Assembly: GCA_015063185.1 (NCBI GenBank) | Contig: SUSY01000006.1 | Span: forward strand, 2,703 to 66,702 | From: Thermoplasmata archaeon | GTDB lineage: Archaea; Thermoplasmatota; Thermoplasmata; Methanomassiliicoccales; Methanomethylophilaceae | Reading direction: 5' to 3' | Length of the DNA stretch: 64,000 bases | In this document: positions 35,701 to 45,556 of the stretch, piece after piece | Numbering within the stretch: position 1 is the stretch's first letter | Layout of the letters: each line of letters opens with the position of its first letter | The notes under the pieces: model-generated | The model's database searches: none | What the model was told of the DNA's origin: nothing | The model's input: the letters and a program-made list of their open reading frames with translations, nothing else | Program-made: the position numbers and the translations under genes

Positions 35701-36312
35701 TCACTTGCGCTTGGACTTCCTCTGGGAGTTTGCGTCGTACTTGGTCCTTCCTGCAGGTGCGGATTTCGTGTTGCCCTGAAGTGCCTCGGCCTTCTTGGCT
35801 GCCCTGTCGGGTGCTCCGCGGATGTAGAAGTATGCGAGGATGATGACCACAATGATGATCACAACGACGACCAGATATGTGACCCAGTCCTTCCAGATCG
35901 AGTGTTTGACATCGATCTCGTAGGGTCCGAGTTCGGAGATCAGAGTGGTCCCATCGGACTCGTACAGACAGACCACAACATATTCCTTGCCCTCGGATCC
36001 ATATCCGAATCCAACGCTGACAGCTTTGTTCTCTTCACCTGCGACTATGGTCGCTTCGGTCGAAGCCAACACCTTGCCGCTGGAGTAGTCCTTTACAACG
36101 AGTTCGACGGTCTCATCCACAGTTCCATCATTGGTGATGTATGCGGTAAGAGTACCATTGTCATTGTCCGTGAATCCGCTCCAGGTAACTTCCTTGTTTC
36201 CGAAATCAGAGTCTGCTGCATCCACATCGTTCGCCATGAATCCAAAGGACATGAGGCAAACGCAGATCGCTGCAATTCCAATGATTGTTTTGAAAGACTT
36301 CAATTCAGACAC
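35701..36312 (-). CDS. hypothetical exported protein with a C-terminal TM anchor and basic tail
   Basis: The signal-like segment KSFKTIIGIAAICVCLMSFGFMANDVDA is followed by a beta-rich domain, a TM segment (VTYLVVVVIIIVVIILAYFYI) and a K/R tail. The likely start is GTG at 36312 or TTG at 36303, just after the purP stop. The longer track ORF (to 36507) overlaps purP. Confidence 0.55.
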   Translation of the reverse strand: MSELKSFKTIIGIAAICVCLMSFGFMANDVDAADSDFGNKEVTWSGFTDNDNGTLTAYITNDGTVDETVELVVKDYSSGKVLASTEATIVAGEENKAVSVGFGYGSEGKEYVVVCLYESDGTTLISELGPYEIDVKHSIWKDWVTYLVVVVIIIVVIILAYFYIRGAPDRAAKKAEALQGNTKSAPAGRTKYDANSQRKSKRK

Positions 36313-36313
36313 C

Positions 36314-37471
36314 TCACGTGACGATCTCGTCGACGCGTTCCTCATCGATCGCCCTTCTGATCTCCATGGCGAGCCTTCTTCCAGTGGACATCTCCTTCCT
36401 CCAGAGTGCGTTTCCGTAGGGGTGACCCACAGCCATGTGGATGTTGGTTCCTCCACCGATACGGGGTGCGACATCGTAGATGTAGAAGTTGAGGTCCTTG
36501 TCGACACAGGTCTGGAGACAGAACGGGCCGATGATTCCGGGTGCGTAGTACTTCTCTGCTGCCTTGATGTATTTCTCGGCCAGTGCGAATGCCTTGTCGA
36601 GGAGGGATTCCCTTAGAGTCGCGGAGTTGTGACCGCAGACGGTGTACTCGGGAAGGATTCCTGCATCCTCAAGTTCCACCTGCTGCTTTCCGGGAAGCCT
36701 GCAGTATCCGTCGAGGGAGGACTCGAACCTCCAGTCGATACCTAGGAGCTCCAACTGCTCTCCCTTCTCCTCGAGGGGTGAGCGGAAGAAGTCGAGGTTG
36801 AATACAGGGCCGATGATGTACTGTTCCATCCTGGCGGACTCGAGGAAGTTCTCCTCGATGACTCCCTGCTTGATGAGGTCATTGGACTTCTGTACGAACT
36901 GATCGTATGAGACTGCGGTGAAGAATCCTCTCTCGAGCTTCTTCTGCTTGTGGTGGACCTTGATGATGGTGAGTCCATCGATATCCTCGGGTCTCTCGAC
37001 CTTCTTGGGTGCTGGCAATCCTGCTTTCTCAAGGATCCAATAGTAGTCCCTTTCGTCACCGCGTTCCTCGGATCTGAGGAGGTTCCTGCTTCCGACAAGG
37101 GGCACCTTGAAGTCGTTCTCGACAGCGTCGATTCCGCTGTAGGATACGAAGGACCTGTTGGGGATGAACAGGATATTGTCCTTGATGAGTCTCTCCTGAA
37201 CGTCAGGATTCATGACATCCGCGTACTTGTTGAGGATGATGGTTTCGTCCACGACTCCACGGCGAACGGTTCCATCTGCGTTGCGAAGTGTCTTGAAGTA
37301 GTTGTTGAAGGTCTTCTCCCTGCCGTCTTGGCAGATAGCGACGGTGCGGAATCCTTCGGAAGTCGCTCCGTCACAGGTGTCGAGACCGGAGTGGGATCCG
37401 ACGACACCGATCTTGGCTTTCTTGAGATCATATCTCTCAAGGTTTGCCAGAATCTCATTTCTGTCGATCAT
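36314..37471 (-). CDS. purP: 5-formaminoimidazole-4-carboxamide ribonucleotide (FAICAR) synthetase PurP
   Basis: 385 aa with an ATP-grasp fold. It is co-linear with M. jannaschii PurP as I remember it (GSHSGLD..., GPFCLQ...). Confidence 0.88.
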   Translation of the reverse strand: MIDRNEILANLERYDLKKAKIGVVGSHSGLDTCDGATSEGFRTVAICQDGREKTFNNYFKTLRNADGTVRRGVVDETIILNKYADVMNPDVQERLIKDNILFIPNRSFVSYSGIDAVENDFKVPLVGSRNLLRSEERGDERDYYWILEKAGLPAPKKVERPEDIDGLTIIKVHHKQKKLERGFFTAVSYDQFVQKSNDLIKQGVIEENFLESARMEQYIIGPVFNLDFFRSPLEEKGEQLELLGIDWRFESSLDGYCRLPGKQQVELEDAGILPEYTVCGHNSATLRESLLDKAFALAEKYIKAAEKYYAPGIIGPFCLQTCVDKDLNFYIYDVAPRIGGGTNIHMAVGHPYGNALWRKEMSTGRRLAMEIRRAIDEERVDEIVT

Positions 37472-37523
37472 GTCGATACCTCTTGTTAATTGCGTTGTGT
37501 ATCGACTATCCTATTATTAATGT

Positions 37524-37537
37524 TCGCGGGCGCGCGA
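37524..37537 (-). terminator. GC hairpin (TCGCG-ggcg-CGCGA) downstream of the MgtE-like gene stop
   Basis: 5-bp GC stem 14 nt beyond the stop at 37551-37553 on the minus strand. It lies between that stop and the TATA-like ATTATTAAT upstream of purP. Confidence 0.3.
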
Positions 37538-37550
37538 GAATATAGGCTGC

Positions 37551-38783
37551 TCATATGAACAGCATGATTACGGAGATTAGAATGACCGTACTTACAACAT
37601 CCATGATGGACGATGTGACTGGGATACAATGGTCATCCGGATCCAAGCCGAATTTCAATGCTGCAAGTGCCACATAATATGATAGGAAGTTGATGACCGT
37701 CGTGATTGCGAATCCGGATAACAGAACTATTGTCAATAGAGTCAAATAACTAACATCGTTGGGTTCAACGAAGAACGCTATGGACATTATGTAAATGAAT
37801 GTGATTAGTGCCAGCAGGTACATTATGCTGAAGTTCTCGCCCGCTTCTCTCGGCGGTATGCGAGCTCTTGGCAGAGTACCGATATGCAACATGGAACTGA
37901 GTCTGGATGTGAGCATCCCTGACAGAGCATTTCCTTCGTTAAGGAATGCTGTAAGCATTAGGAGAAGTACCGTATGTTCGATCAATTTGGATTTCTCACT
38001 TTCGATCAGCAGTCCTGCAATGAGTTCTAAGAACACACATCCCAGCAGGATCGGTAAGGATTGTACGATGATTCTCTTGGCCTCGTTAATCTTCCTCTTC
38101 CTCTTGGACTTCCTGGTGAGAATGCGTACCGTGAGATATATCGTGAATATGACCAGCACTCCTGTGAGGATGTATGTCACAGAATCCGGTAACATCTCAT
38201 GTGCCAGTATTGCTGCAATATAGATCATTGGGACTGTGATGACGTCCCCTGCAGCAGCGATAAGTGGAGCGGTGATATCGTCCACGTCCCACCCCCTTTT
38301 GGATCCTAGGTATACGATGCCCATGTTGACTATCAGTACCAGCATTCCTGCGAGAACTCCGCCGAATGTGGATATGAAAACGAATTTGATGAAGTCATAT
38401 GTATTGCCGAAGACTATTGCAACGATGACCCAGCCGATAATTGCCATCAGGATGGACATGATGAGGGTGAGTGCCATCGCGGATTCGACGTTCGATCTGA
38501 GGACTCCTCCCTTCTTGAAGTTCATATGGAATGTACCGACATGCATGGCAGTACCTAGGCGACTTCCCATTGCACCAAAGATGTTGCCACGCATTCCTAT
38601 CGCAGCATAGATGAGGACGATCATTCCCGGGATCATCACGAGGTAGTCCTCCATGGTGACCATGAAGAATCCAGCGAAGAGGTCAGCGGTTCCGGCTATG
38701 ATGAGTGCCAGAAGTCCCATGACGAGAGTCGGTTTATTACGGATGAAGAATCCGTTGGATCTCTCGATTTTGTCCTCTCCCAA
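37551..38783 (-). CDS. MgtE/SLC41-like divalent cation transporter (duplicated membrane domain)
   Basis: 410 aa and polytopic. Two MgtE-type segments (DDITAPLIAAAGDVITVPMIY and DPDDHCIPVTSSIMDVVSTVILI). Confidence 0.55.
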   Translation of the reverse strand: MGEDKIERSNGFFIRNKPTLVMGLLALIIAGTADLFAGFFMVTMEDYLVMIPGMIVLIYAAIGMRGNIFGAMGSRLGTAMHVGTFHMNFKKGGVLRSNVESAMALTLIMSILMAIIGWVIVAIVFGNTYDFIKFVFISTFGGVLAGMLVLIVNMGIVYLGSKRGWDVDDITAPLIAAAGDVITVPMIYIAAILAHEMLPDSVTYILTGVLVIFTIYLTVRILTRKSKRKRKINEAKRIIVQSLPILLGCVFLELIAGLLIESEKSKLIEHTVLLLMLTAFLNEGNALSGMLTSRLSSMLHIGTLPRARIPPREAGENFSIMYLLALITFIYIMSIAFFVEPNDVSYLTLLTIVLLSGFAITTVINFLSYYVALAALKFGLDPDDHCIPVTSSIMDVVSTVILISVIMLFI

Positions 38784-39070
38784 AAAATCACCTCATGACA
38801 TCTGTCTAATCGGGACTACATCGGGGACATCTTATAAAACGAGTTCGACCAAACGGTGATTCTGATGATCGTTCAATGTACTGGCTCATGGATATCCAAC
38901 AAAATAGATGCAATGATATCTGGTGACTGGGCCGCGTACAAACTCTATTAAATACTGGGACTGAATGTTGAATATTAGGAAACGAATATGACCGATTCAT
39001 CGATCAATTCTGATAAAGAGGACAGTGCCAGTAGATTGCGGTTCCATGCCGCTTCAAGGGGGTCTTTGCA

Positions 39071-39709
39071 ATGAGCGAAGACGATTATGTTGACCTCGAT
39101 CGTATAGATATGACAGTTCAGGAACTTCTCACGGAGATGAAGGACATTTCCGAAGTCATCGTAGATTTGGCGTACGCATCCCTGATGTACAACAGTAAGG
39201 AGATGGCGATGCGTGTCAACGAGTTGGAGGATGAGATGGAGGAGTTGAAGTATGCAATGCGTGTGAAGGCCCTCATGGCTGCAAGGACTCGCGAGGATGC
39301 CAAACAGCTTTCCGGCATTCTTCAGATTGCATCCGCTGCCGATCGTATCTCGCACGCGGCAGGGGAAATCGTTGAACTTCTGGATGTTGCACCAGAGAAG
39401 CGCCCGTTCATTACCAATCTTATTAACGAGTCCGATGAGAAGATTCGCATGATTAGGATTAGTCCATCCTCAGATATGGCTGGAAATACGATTGGTAAGT
39501 TAGGTGTCGAGGCTAATACCGGAATGAAGATTATCGCACTGAAGAATCGTTATGGGTGGACATATGATCCCGATGACGATGTGAAGCTCCGTGCAGGGGA
39601 TGACATCATCGTGAGTGGAACGGAGGATGGAGGAAACCGTCTTTCGGAGTTCGCGTCCGGAAGGAGCCCATGGGAGTTCAATGATGAGAGGGGGGATTCC
39701 GATGAATAG
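39071..39709 (+). CDS. PhoU-like plus TrkA-C (RCK-C) domain regulatory protein, paralog 1
   Basis: 212 aa. A helical PhoU-like N-terminal half is followed by TrkA-C-like ...IGKLGVEANTGMKIIALKNRYGWTYDPDDDVKLRAGDDIIVSG. The stop is TAG. Confidence 0.6.
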   Translation: MSEDDYVDLDRIDMTVQELLTEMKDISEVIVDLAYASLMYNSKEMAMRVNELEDEMEELKYAMRVKALMAARTREDAKQLSGILQIASAADRISHAAGEIVELLDVAPEKRPFITNLINESDEKIRMIRISPSSDMAGNTIGKLGVEANTGMKIIALKNRYGWTYDPDDDVKLRAGDDIIVSGTEDGGNRLSEFASGRSPWEFNDERGDSDE

Positions 39710-40277
39710 GATAGAATCCATGCTTCTCGAACTCAAGGACACATCCGAGTTCATGATCGACCTTGCTTATTCGTCGTTGTTGTATAACAACAGTGAGATT
39801 GCGGAAGAGGTCGAGTTCTTGGAGAGGAAGATGGATGAGCTCAGTGCGGACATTCAGGAAGCCATTGTGAATCTTGGAATGCAACAACCGCAGGAGATTG
39901 CAAGATTCTCCGTCATCCTAAGGCTCCAGATGGCCATCGAGGACATTGCCAATGCCGCTGCATCCATCGCGGATGTCGTTCTTCGTGGTTTAGGGGACCA
40001 CCCTGTCATCCAGATGAGTATACAGGAGTCAGAAGTCACTATAGAAAAGGCTACTATTGCATCCAACTCTATTCTGAGGGACAAATCTCTCGGTGAACTC
40101 AGGTTGGGAAGCCATTGTGGAATGTATGTCATCGCAATCAAACGTGGTGACATGTACATCTACAATCCTGGAAGGGACGAGATCCTTCGTGAGGGAGACA
40201 TGCTCATTGCGAATGGTCCGGATGATGCTGCAGATTTCTTCATTGGTCTTGCTGATGGTTCCGAGAAGGAACTTTAA
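39702..40277 (+). CDS. PhoU-like plus TrkA-C (RCK-C) domain regulatory protein, paralog 2
   Basis: 191 aa from MNRIESMLLELKD, with the same architecture as the upstream gene. It overlaps the upstream gene by 8 nt. Confidence 0.6.
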   Translation: MNRIESMLLELKDTSEFMIDLAYSSLLYNNSEIAEEVEFLERKMDELSADIQEAIVNLGMQQPQEIARFSVILRLQMAIEDIANAAASIADVVLRGLGDHPVIQMSIQESEVTIEKATIASNSILRDKSLGELRLGSHCGMYVIAIKRGDMYIYNPGRDEILREGDMLIANGPDDAADFFIGLADGSEKEL

Positions 40278-40389
40278 ACCAAAATAATCCTGTTTGGATA
40301 GGTTCAGACAGGTTTCTTATTATTTTTTACAGTTCTTTGAGGAAAACTTCACATGATTGTAATCCATGGGTCAGGGTTCTGAGAAGAAG

Positions 40390-40465
40390 TGGTAGCCCCG
40401 TGCAGATTCGAACTGCAGTCGCATGATCCAGAGTCACGCATGATTGACCACTACACTACGGGGCT
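40390..40465 (-). tRNA. tRNA-Gln (anticodon CTG) with encoded CCA
   Basis: Reverse complement: AGCCCCG-TA-GTGT...TCAT-G-CGTGA-CTCTGGA-TCATG-CGAC-TGCAG-TTCGAAT-CTGCA-CGGGGCT-A-CCA. It has the A1-U72 pair typical of archaeal tRNA-Gln. Confidence 0.8.
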
Positions 40466-40534
40466 GTGTGAGACGTCCAATAACGAACTTATTTTAATAG
40501 CTTACGGTCTGGATTTATTGAAAATGATGTGTTG

Positions 40535-40553
40535 GATGGGGAAATCCCCCATC
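40535..40553 (-). terminator. stop-proximal GC hairpin (GATGGGG-aaatc-CCCCATC) after adk
   Basis: 7-bp stem ending 6 nt beyond the adk stop (40559-40561, minus strand). Confidence 0.4.
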
Positions 40554-40558
40554 CTCAA

Positions 40559-41182
40559 TCAAAGAAGGGATTTCTTGACTGCCGAGTAAATCTCGGAGAT
40601 GTCGCCGACACCGGGGATGGTGACGAGCTTCCCTCTCTTCTCATAGTACTCGATGAGTGGGAATGTGTTCTTGCGGTAGACCTCGAGCCTATTCTTGACG
40701 GTCTCCTCCTTGTCATCGTCCCTCTGGTAAAGGCCTGCACCACACTTGTCACAGACCCCTTCCTTCGCTGGGGGCTTGTTGGAGAGGTGGTAGACAGCGT
40801 TACAGTCGGGGCATGATCTTCTCTGTGTGAGTCTGCTGATAAGTTCATCGTCGGGGACATCGATATTGATGGCGATGTCTATGTCGACCTGCTCTGCAAG
40901 GGCATCTGCCTGTTCGACGGTTCTTGGGAATCCGTCGAGAATGATCTTGTCAAGGCCCTCAATCTTCTCTTTCATGAGTCCGATTATGAGGTCGTTGGGA
41001 ACGAGTCCTCCTGCATCCATATAGGTCTTGGCTTTGAGACCGAGTTCGGTCTGATTCCTGACCGCCTCACGGAGCATATCTCCGGTGGACAGTTTGACGT
41101 ATCCGAGGTCGTCTCCCATCTTCTCTGCCTGGGTTCCCTTTCCGCATCCGGGAGGGCCCAAAAGGACTACCTTTGCCTTCAT
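40559..41182 (-). CDS. adk: adenylate kinase (long, bacterial-type with Zn lid)
   Basis: MKAKVVLLGPPGCGKGTQAEKM with lid CPDC...CDKC. The ORF opens at 41200. Confidence 0.9.
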   Translation of the reverse strand: MKAKVVLLGPPGCGKGTQAEKMGDDLGYVKLSTGDMLREAVRNQTELGLKAKTYMDAGGLVPNDLIIGLMKEKIEGLDKIILDGFPRTVEQADALAEQVDIDIAINIDVPDDELISRLTQRRSCPDCNAVYHLSNKPPAKEGVCDKCGAGLYQRDDDKEETVKNRLEVYRKNTFPLIEYYEKRGKLVTIPGVGDISEIYSAVKKSLL

Positions 41183-41343
41183 GGTCTGGTCGTAGGCCAA
41201 TCAACCTATATAATTGGGCCGATGGACAAAACGGTCGTTTTTTCATAGCCAGAGGGTTAACACCACTTATTTAAGGAATGTTAAATTACGAGTCGATAAG
41301 TAGGTTTATATCGCAATCCACCGTATTAAGAAAGAGGTGAAAC

Positions 41344-42774
41344 ATGGACGCGAGCATTATCGAGAAGATAGAGAAGGTCGTTGGAAAGGAGGGCTACTCC
41401 ACTCGTATCGCAGACCGTTACACGTACGGATTCGATGCATCGATCTTCCATAACACGCCTGATATCGTAATTCAGCCCAAGAGTACGGAGGAAGTCTCCG
41501 AGATTATGAAGATTGCGAATGAGCACATTATCCCAATCGTTCCTAGGGGTGCAGGTACCGGACTCTGCGGATCCGCAGTTCCGATCAAGGGCGGAATCGT
41601 GCTTGACATGTCCAGAATGAACAAGGTCATCGAGGTCAGTGTAGGTGACCTTTGGGTAGATGTCGAGGCAGGGTGCGTTTACAACGCATTGAATGCAGAG
41701 CTTGCCAAGTATGGTTTCTTCTTCCCCTGTTCTCCAGGTTCTGCGGAGGCGGCAACTATCGGAGGAATGGTCGCAGCCAACGCATCCGGAATGAAGGCGG
41801 TCAAGTATGGTGCCACCAGGGACTTCGTTCTCGGACTCACATTCGTCAAGGCAGACGGAGAGATTGTCCGTGCAGGAACCAAGACAATCAAGGATTCTTC
41901 CGGATATCAGCTCGCACGTCTCCTCTGCGGAAGCGAAGGAACTCTTGGAATCATCACCGAGGTCACGCTCATGCTCACCACCAAACCAAAGACGTCCGCA
42001 TCGCTCCTCGCATCGTTCAAGACAATCTACGATGCAGGACGTTGTGTCTCCGCCATCATGGCGCACCCCCTGATTCCTGCTTCATGCGAGCTTATGGACA
42101 AAGTGTCCATCAATGCCGTCAACAAGTCACAGGGTAACCCTCTTCCGGATTGTGAGGCACTCCTCATTCTCGAGGCTGACGGAGAACCCGAGCAGGTGGA
42201 CAGGGATCTCAAGACCATGGAGGAGATTGCTAGGGGCATCGGGGCACTTACCGTCACCCCCACCTATGACAAGAAGCAGATTGCGGCATGGACCTCTGCA
42301 AGGAAATCCGTCATGACTTCCTTGTCTCAGCTTAAACCTGGATTCACTTCTGTGTCGCTCGCTGATGACATGGCTGTCCCAATTTCCAAGATCCCTGATG
42401 CGGTCACTGCATACCAGGAGATCTCCGAAAAGTACAGGGTCACTGTGGCAACCTATGGTCATGCCGCCGATGGAAATCTGCACACAAAGATGCTCCTCGA
42501 TCCTCTCGATAAGGATGAGTGGGACAGAGGTGTTGCAGCGGTCACCGAGATCTTTGATAGGACTATCGAGCTTGGTGGAACCGTCACCGGTGAGCACGGA
42601 GTAGGCATATCCAAGGCACTCGACTTCCAGAAGGAGAGGGCATCCGTCCTTTCGTCGATCAGGGCGATTAAGAAGGCGATGGATCCCAACAACATCCTGA
42701 ACCCTGGAAAGCTTGAGCAGTGGGAGGGACCGATCCTCCGTAACCTCAGGTATCCCTGTAAAGAGTACATGTGA
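41344..42774 (+). CDS. FAD-binding oxidoreductase, GlcD / D-lactate dehydrogenase-like
   Basis: 476 aa with PDIVIQPKSTEEVSEIMKIANEHIIPIVPRGAGTGLCGSAVP. Confidence 0.78.
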   Translation: MDASIIEKIEKVVGKEGYSTRIADRYTYGFDASIFHNTPDIVIQPKSTEEVSEIMKIANEHIIPIVPRGAGTGLCGSAVPIKGGIVLDMSRMNKVIEVSVGDLWVDVEAGCVYNALNAELAKYGFFFPCSPGSAEAATIGGMVAANASGMKAVKYGATRDFVLGLTFVKADGEIVRAGTKTIKDSSGYQLARLLCGSEGTLGIITEVTLMLTTKPKTSASLLASFKTIYDAGRCVSAIMAHPLIPASCELMDKVSINAVNKSQGNPLPDCEALLILEADGEPEQVDRDLKTMEEIARGIGALTVTPTYDKKQIAAWTSARKSVMTSLSQLKPGFTSVSLADDMAVPISKIPDAVTAYQEISEKYRVTVATYGHAADGNLHTKMLLDPLDKDEWDRGVAAVTEIFDRTIELGGTVTGEHGVGISKALDFQKERASVLSSIRAIKKAMDPNNILNPGKLEQWEGPILRNLRYPCKEYM

Positions 42775-42803
42775 ATCGGGGAATTCCCCGATTCTATTTT
42801 TTT
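42774..42803 (+). terminator. hairpin plus oligo-T terminator (AATCGGGGAATTCCCCGATT then CTATTTTTTTA)
   Basis: Perfect 20-nt palindrome starting in the stop codon, followed by a T7 run. Confidence 0.6.
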
Positions 42804-42839
42804 ATCTAATGTCCTGTGTATCCGATATTTGCATGGATA

Positions 42840-43514
42840 TCATAACACTCTGATCACGATGTACAATGCGACCAGAAGTCCTGCCGTCATGAAGTATACC
42901 GTCTTGTTCCATTTGTAGATCTTACTTCCATCGAACGGCATGATCGGAACCATATTGAAGATTGCCAGGATGATGTTCAGATGTGCGATCAGATAGAACA
43001 GTATCGACGCATATCCTGTGGTCAGGATCATCAAAATGTAGAAGATGACTGCCAAGACACCGTTCACAGCAGGACCTGCGAGACTGATCACACCGTTGTC
43101 CTTGTCATTGATGCGTCCGGATATCATGACAGCACCCGGTGCAGCGATCAGGAATCCCAATGCGGACATTATCAGACCCAATATCAATCCCGCAGGATAC
43201 ATCCTGAATTCTGCCCAGGCGCCCATTCTTTGGGCCACGAACTTGTGTGCTAGTTCATGGATCAGGAATGATGATGTGACAGCAACCAGTGAGAATCCGA
43301 ACCATCCGAGTGTATTGATGACCCAGTTCGAACTGAAGAATCCTTTGATGTCCATATACAGTATGGTGAATGATATGGATAGTGCCAGCACAGCGATGGC
43401 GATGTGTTTCATCTCCTCCTTCCCTACGCTCATTCTCCTTCCGAAATTGGGATTGATCTCGATAGTGTATTCCGGCTTATAGGGCATGATTGCATCAAAC
43501 CCTTCAATATACAT
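42840..43514 (-). CDS. site-2 protease family (M50) intramembrane zinc metalloprotease
   Basis: 224 aa and polytopic. HELAHKF (HExxH) sits in a TM helix, and FNMVPIMPFDGSKIY is an NxxPxxxxDG-type motif. Confidence 0.75.
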   Translation of the reverse strand: MYIEGFDAIMPYKPEYTIEINPNFGRRMSVGKEEMKHIAIAVLALSISFTILYMDIKGFFSSNWVINTLGWFGFSLVAVTSSFLIHELAHKFVAQRMGAWAEFRMYPAGLILGLIMSALGFLIAAPGAVMISGRINDKDNGVISLAGPAVNGVLAVIFYILMILTTGYASILFYLIAHLNIILAIFNMVPIMPFDGSKIYKWNKTVYFMTAGLLVALYIVIRVL

Positions 43515-43630
43515 AAGGGTGCGTTTTATTGGGCCAGAATAGATTCACTGTGTTTGTAACACTGGCTCTTTAATGAACATGCTATTGTGCTATGCATAGG
43601 ATTTAAGAATCCGTCCGCATATAGTTCATT

Positions 43631-45514
43631 ATGGTCTCCAACTATGTGGCCAACGGCAAGACGACCGCACGCTGGTGCGACAGATGCGGAACACTAATTC
43701 TGGGTCATTCGTGTGGTTGCGGTTCGGAGACAAGGACGTTCCAGATCAACAGCCCCGGGGACATACGTCCTGCCATGGGCAAAGGAAAGGATCTGATATT
43801 GACACTTCTTCGTGAAACGTTCGGTACCGATGGAGGTCTGTCGGAGAAGGCGATATTCCTCAACAAGATCCCGGGCGAGGATCGTTCCGATGAGGTAGTG
43901 GCGCACGGTGAGGTGATCGCTGTCGTGAGGTTCGAGGTGGAGATGAACAAGTTCGTCCTTGAACTCAGACAGGCCGGTGCAGAATTATTAAAGGATCTGG
44001 CAACCACCAATGTTGTGGTGTTCGGCAATATGTCTGGACATCTGAAGGGTAAATCCGTCCCCGGAGAGAATATCCGTGAGATCAAGGGTACGTTCGACGC
44101 AGGCGCATCGTTACTTCTGATCAAAGGAGGGAAGGTCGGCCCCGGTACCGCATATGTGTCAAGCGAGAGAATGCGTACTGCAGAGAAGGCGTTCAGAATC
44201 AAGGATCTGAATTCCGTGACCGATATGCCTCTATCGCCAGATTCAGACAGGAAGAGATTCATCTCTTCCAATCTGGCTCATCTTCGTTCCATTGAATCGT
44301 CGGCAGCATCAGATATAAGATCATTCATCAAAGACAAGAAATTGCCAGTAACGGCATCCTTCTCAGGAGGTAAGGATTCTTTGGCCGCATTGGGCGTTCT
44401 GATGAAGGTCAAGAAGGATCTCGAATTGTTGTTTGTGGACACTGGATTGGAATTCCCAGATACTGTACAGTATGTGGATGAGTTCGTTAAAAGACACCGG
44501 TTGAGGCTTCATAAGGCTGAGGCGGGAGATGCATTCTGGAAGAATGTAGGTACTTTCGGACCTCCAGCCAAGGATTTCAGATGGTGTTGTAAGGTATGTA
44601 AGCTGGGGCCGATTACAGAGATGATTTCGAAAGACTTCCCGAAGGGTACAATCACCATCGAAGGCAATAGGATGTTAGAGTCATTTTCGAGATCCAAGAT
44701 CGGATTCGTCTCTAAGAATCCGTTCGTCCCCAATCAGACGAATCTCAATCCCATCAGGGCATGGACTTCTGCAGAAGTATGGGGCTACATTTGGATGCGT
44801 GGGTTGGAGTACAACCCTATGTATGATCGTGATTTCGAGAGAATCGGGTGTTACCTCTGCGCATCATGTCTTTCCAGCGAATGGAGGAATGTTGGTACGA
44901 CACATCCAAAGCTGTACAAGAGATGGGAGGATCACCTGATACATTATGCTAAGGAACGTTCTCTTCCAAAAGAGTATGTGGACATGGGATTCTGGCGGTG
45001 GAAGGTCCTACCCCCAAAGATGGTGCGTATTGCGGAGGAAAAGGGTCTCAGATTCCAACCTTCCACGGGCGCAGGTCTATCCATGAAGGTTCTGAAAGGA
45101 GCATCGTCATGCGCTGCAGGTGGATTCTCGATGGAAGCCGTGGTGACGGTCCCACGTAGCAGGGATTTCTCTGCAGTAGCCGATGCATTGAGGTCCGTCG
45201 GTGAGGTGAAGTATTCCGAGGATTTCGAAATCGCGTTGGTGAGGACCAAAGCAGGTACTGCTAAATTGTTTGGGGGCGGACAGGTGTCCGTAACTTCTAA
45301 GAAAAAGGAGGATGCGGAACCTCTGTTTGAAAGAGCGGTGAAATCCTTACTAAGAGCGCAGATGTGTACATCCTGTGGGATATGTGCAAAGAAGTGTCCC
45401 AGACATGCTATCCGTATCAAGGATGGGCTTCACATAGACGTCAATAAGTGTAATTCCTGTGGAAGATGCGAATCATCTTGTATGGTGTCCCATTACTATG
45501 ATAAGATCATCTGA
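43631..45514 (+). CDS. PP-loop ATP pyrophosphatase / PAPS-reductase-family protein with N-terminal Zn-ribbon and PUA-like region and a C-terminal 2x[4Fe-4S] ferredoxin domain
   Basis: 627 aa with CDRCGTLILGHSCGCG, SFSGGKDS (PP-loop), CCKVCK, and CTSCGICAKKCP...CNSCGRCESSC. Confidence 0.65.
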   Translation: MVSNYVANGKTTARWCDRCGTLILGHSCGCGSETRTFQINSPGDIRPAMGKGKDLILTLLRETFGTDGGLSEKAIFLNKIPGEDRSDEVVAHGEVIAVVRFEVEMNKFVLELRQAGAELLKDLATTNVVVFGNMSGHLKGKSVPGENIREIKGTFDAGASLLLIKGGKVGPGTAYVSSERMRTAEKAFRIKDLNSVTDMPLSPDSDRKRFISSNLAHLRSIESSAASDIRSFIKDKKLPVTASFSGGKDSLAALGVLMKVKKDLELLFVDTGLEFPDTVQYVDEFVKRHRLRLHKAEAGDAFWKNVGTFGPPAKDFRWCCKVCKLGPITEMISKDFPKGTITIEGNRMLESFSRSKIGFVSKNPFVPNQTNLNPIRAWTSAEVWGYIWMRGLEYNPMYDRDFERIGCYLCASCLSSEWRNVGTTHPKLYKRWEDHLIHYAKERSLPKEYVDMGFWRWKVLPPKMVRIAEEKGLRFQPSTGAGLSMKVLKGASSCAAGGFSMEAVVTVPRSRDFSAVADALRSVGEVKYSEDFEIALVRTKAGTAKLFGGGQVSVTSKKKEDAEPLFERAVKSLLRAQMCTSCGICAKKCPRHAIRIKDGLHIDVNKCNSCGRCESSCMVSHYYDKII

Positions 45515-45556
45515 TGGATGCGAACGCTTTAAACCGATGAGGGGGATTGGGACTGT

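Noticed and set aside
35490-35852. 120-aa minus-strand ORF in the GNAT / surface-protein convergent spacer.
   Set aside because: It overlaps the 3' end of the better-supported 35701-36312 gene in another frame. Its composition is biased towards P/R/T/S and it has no RBS.
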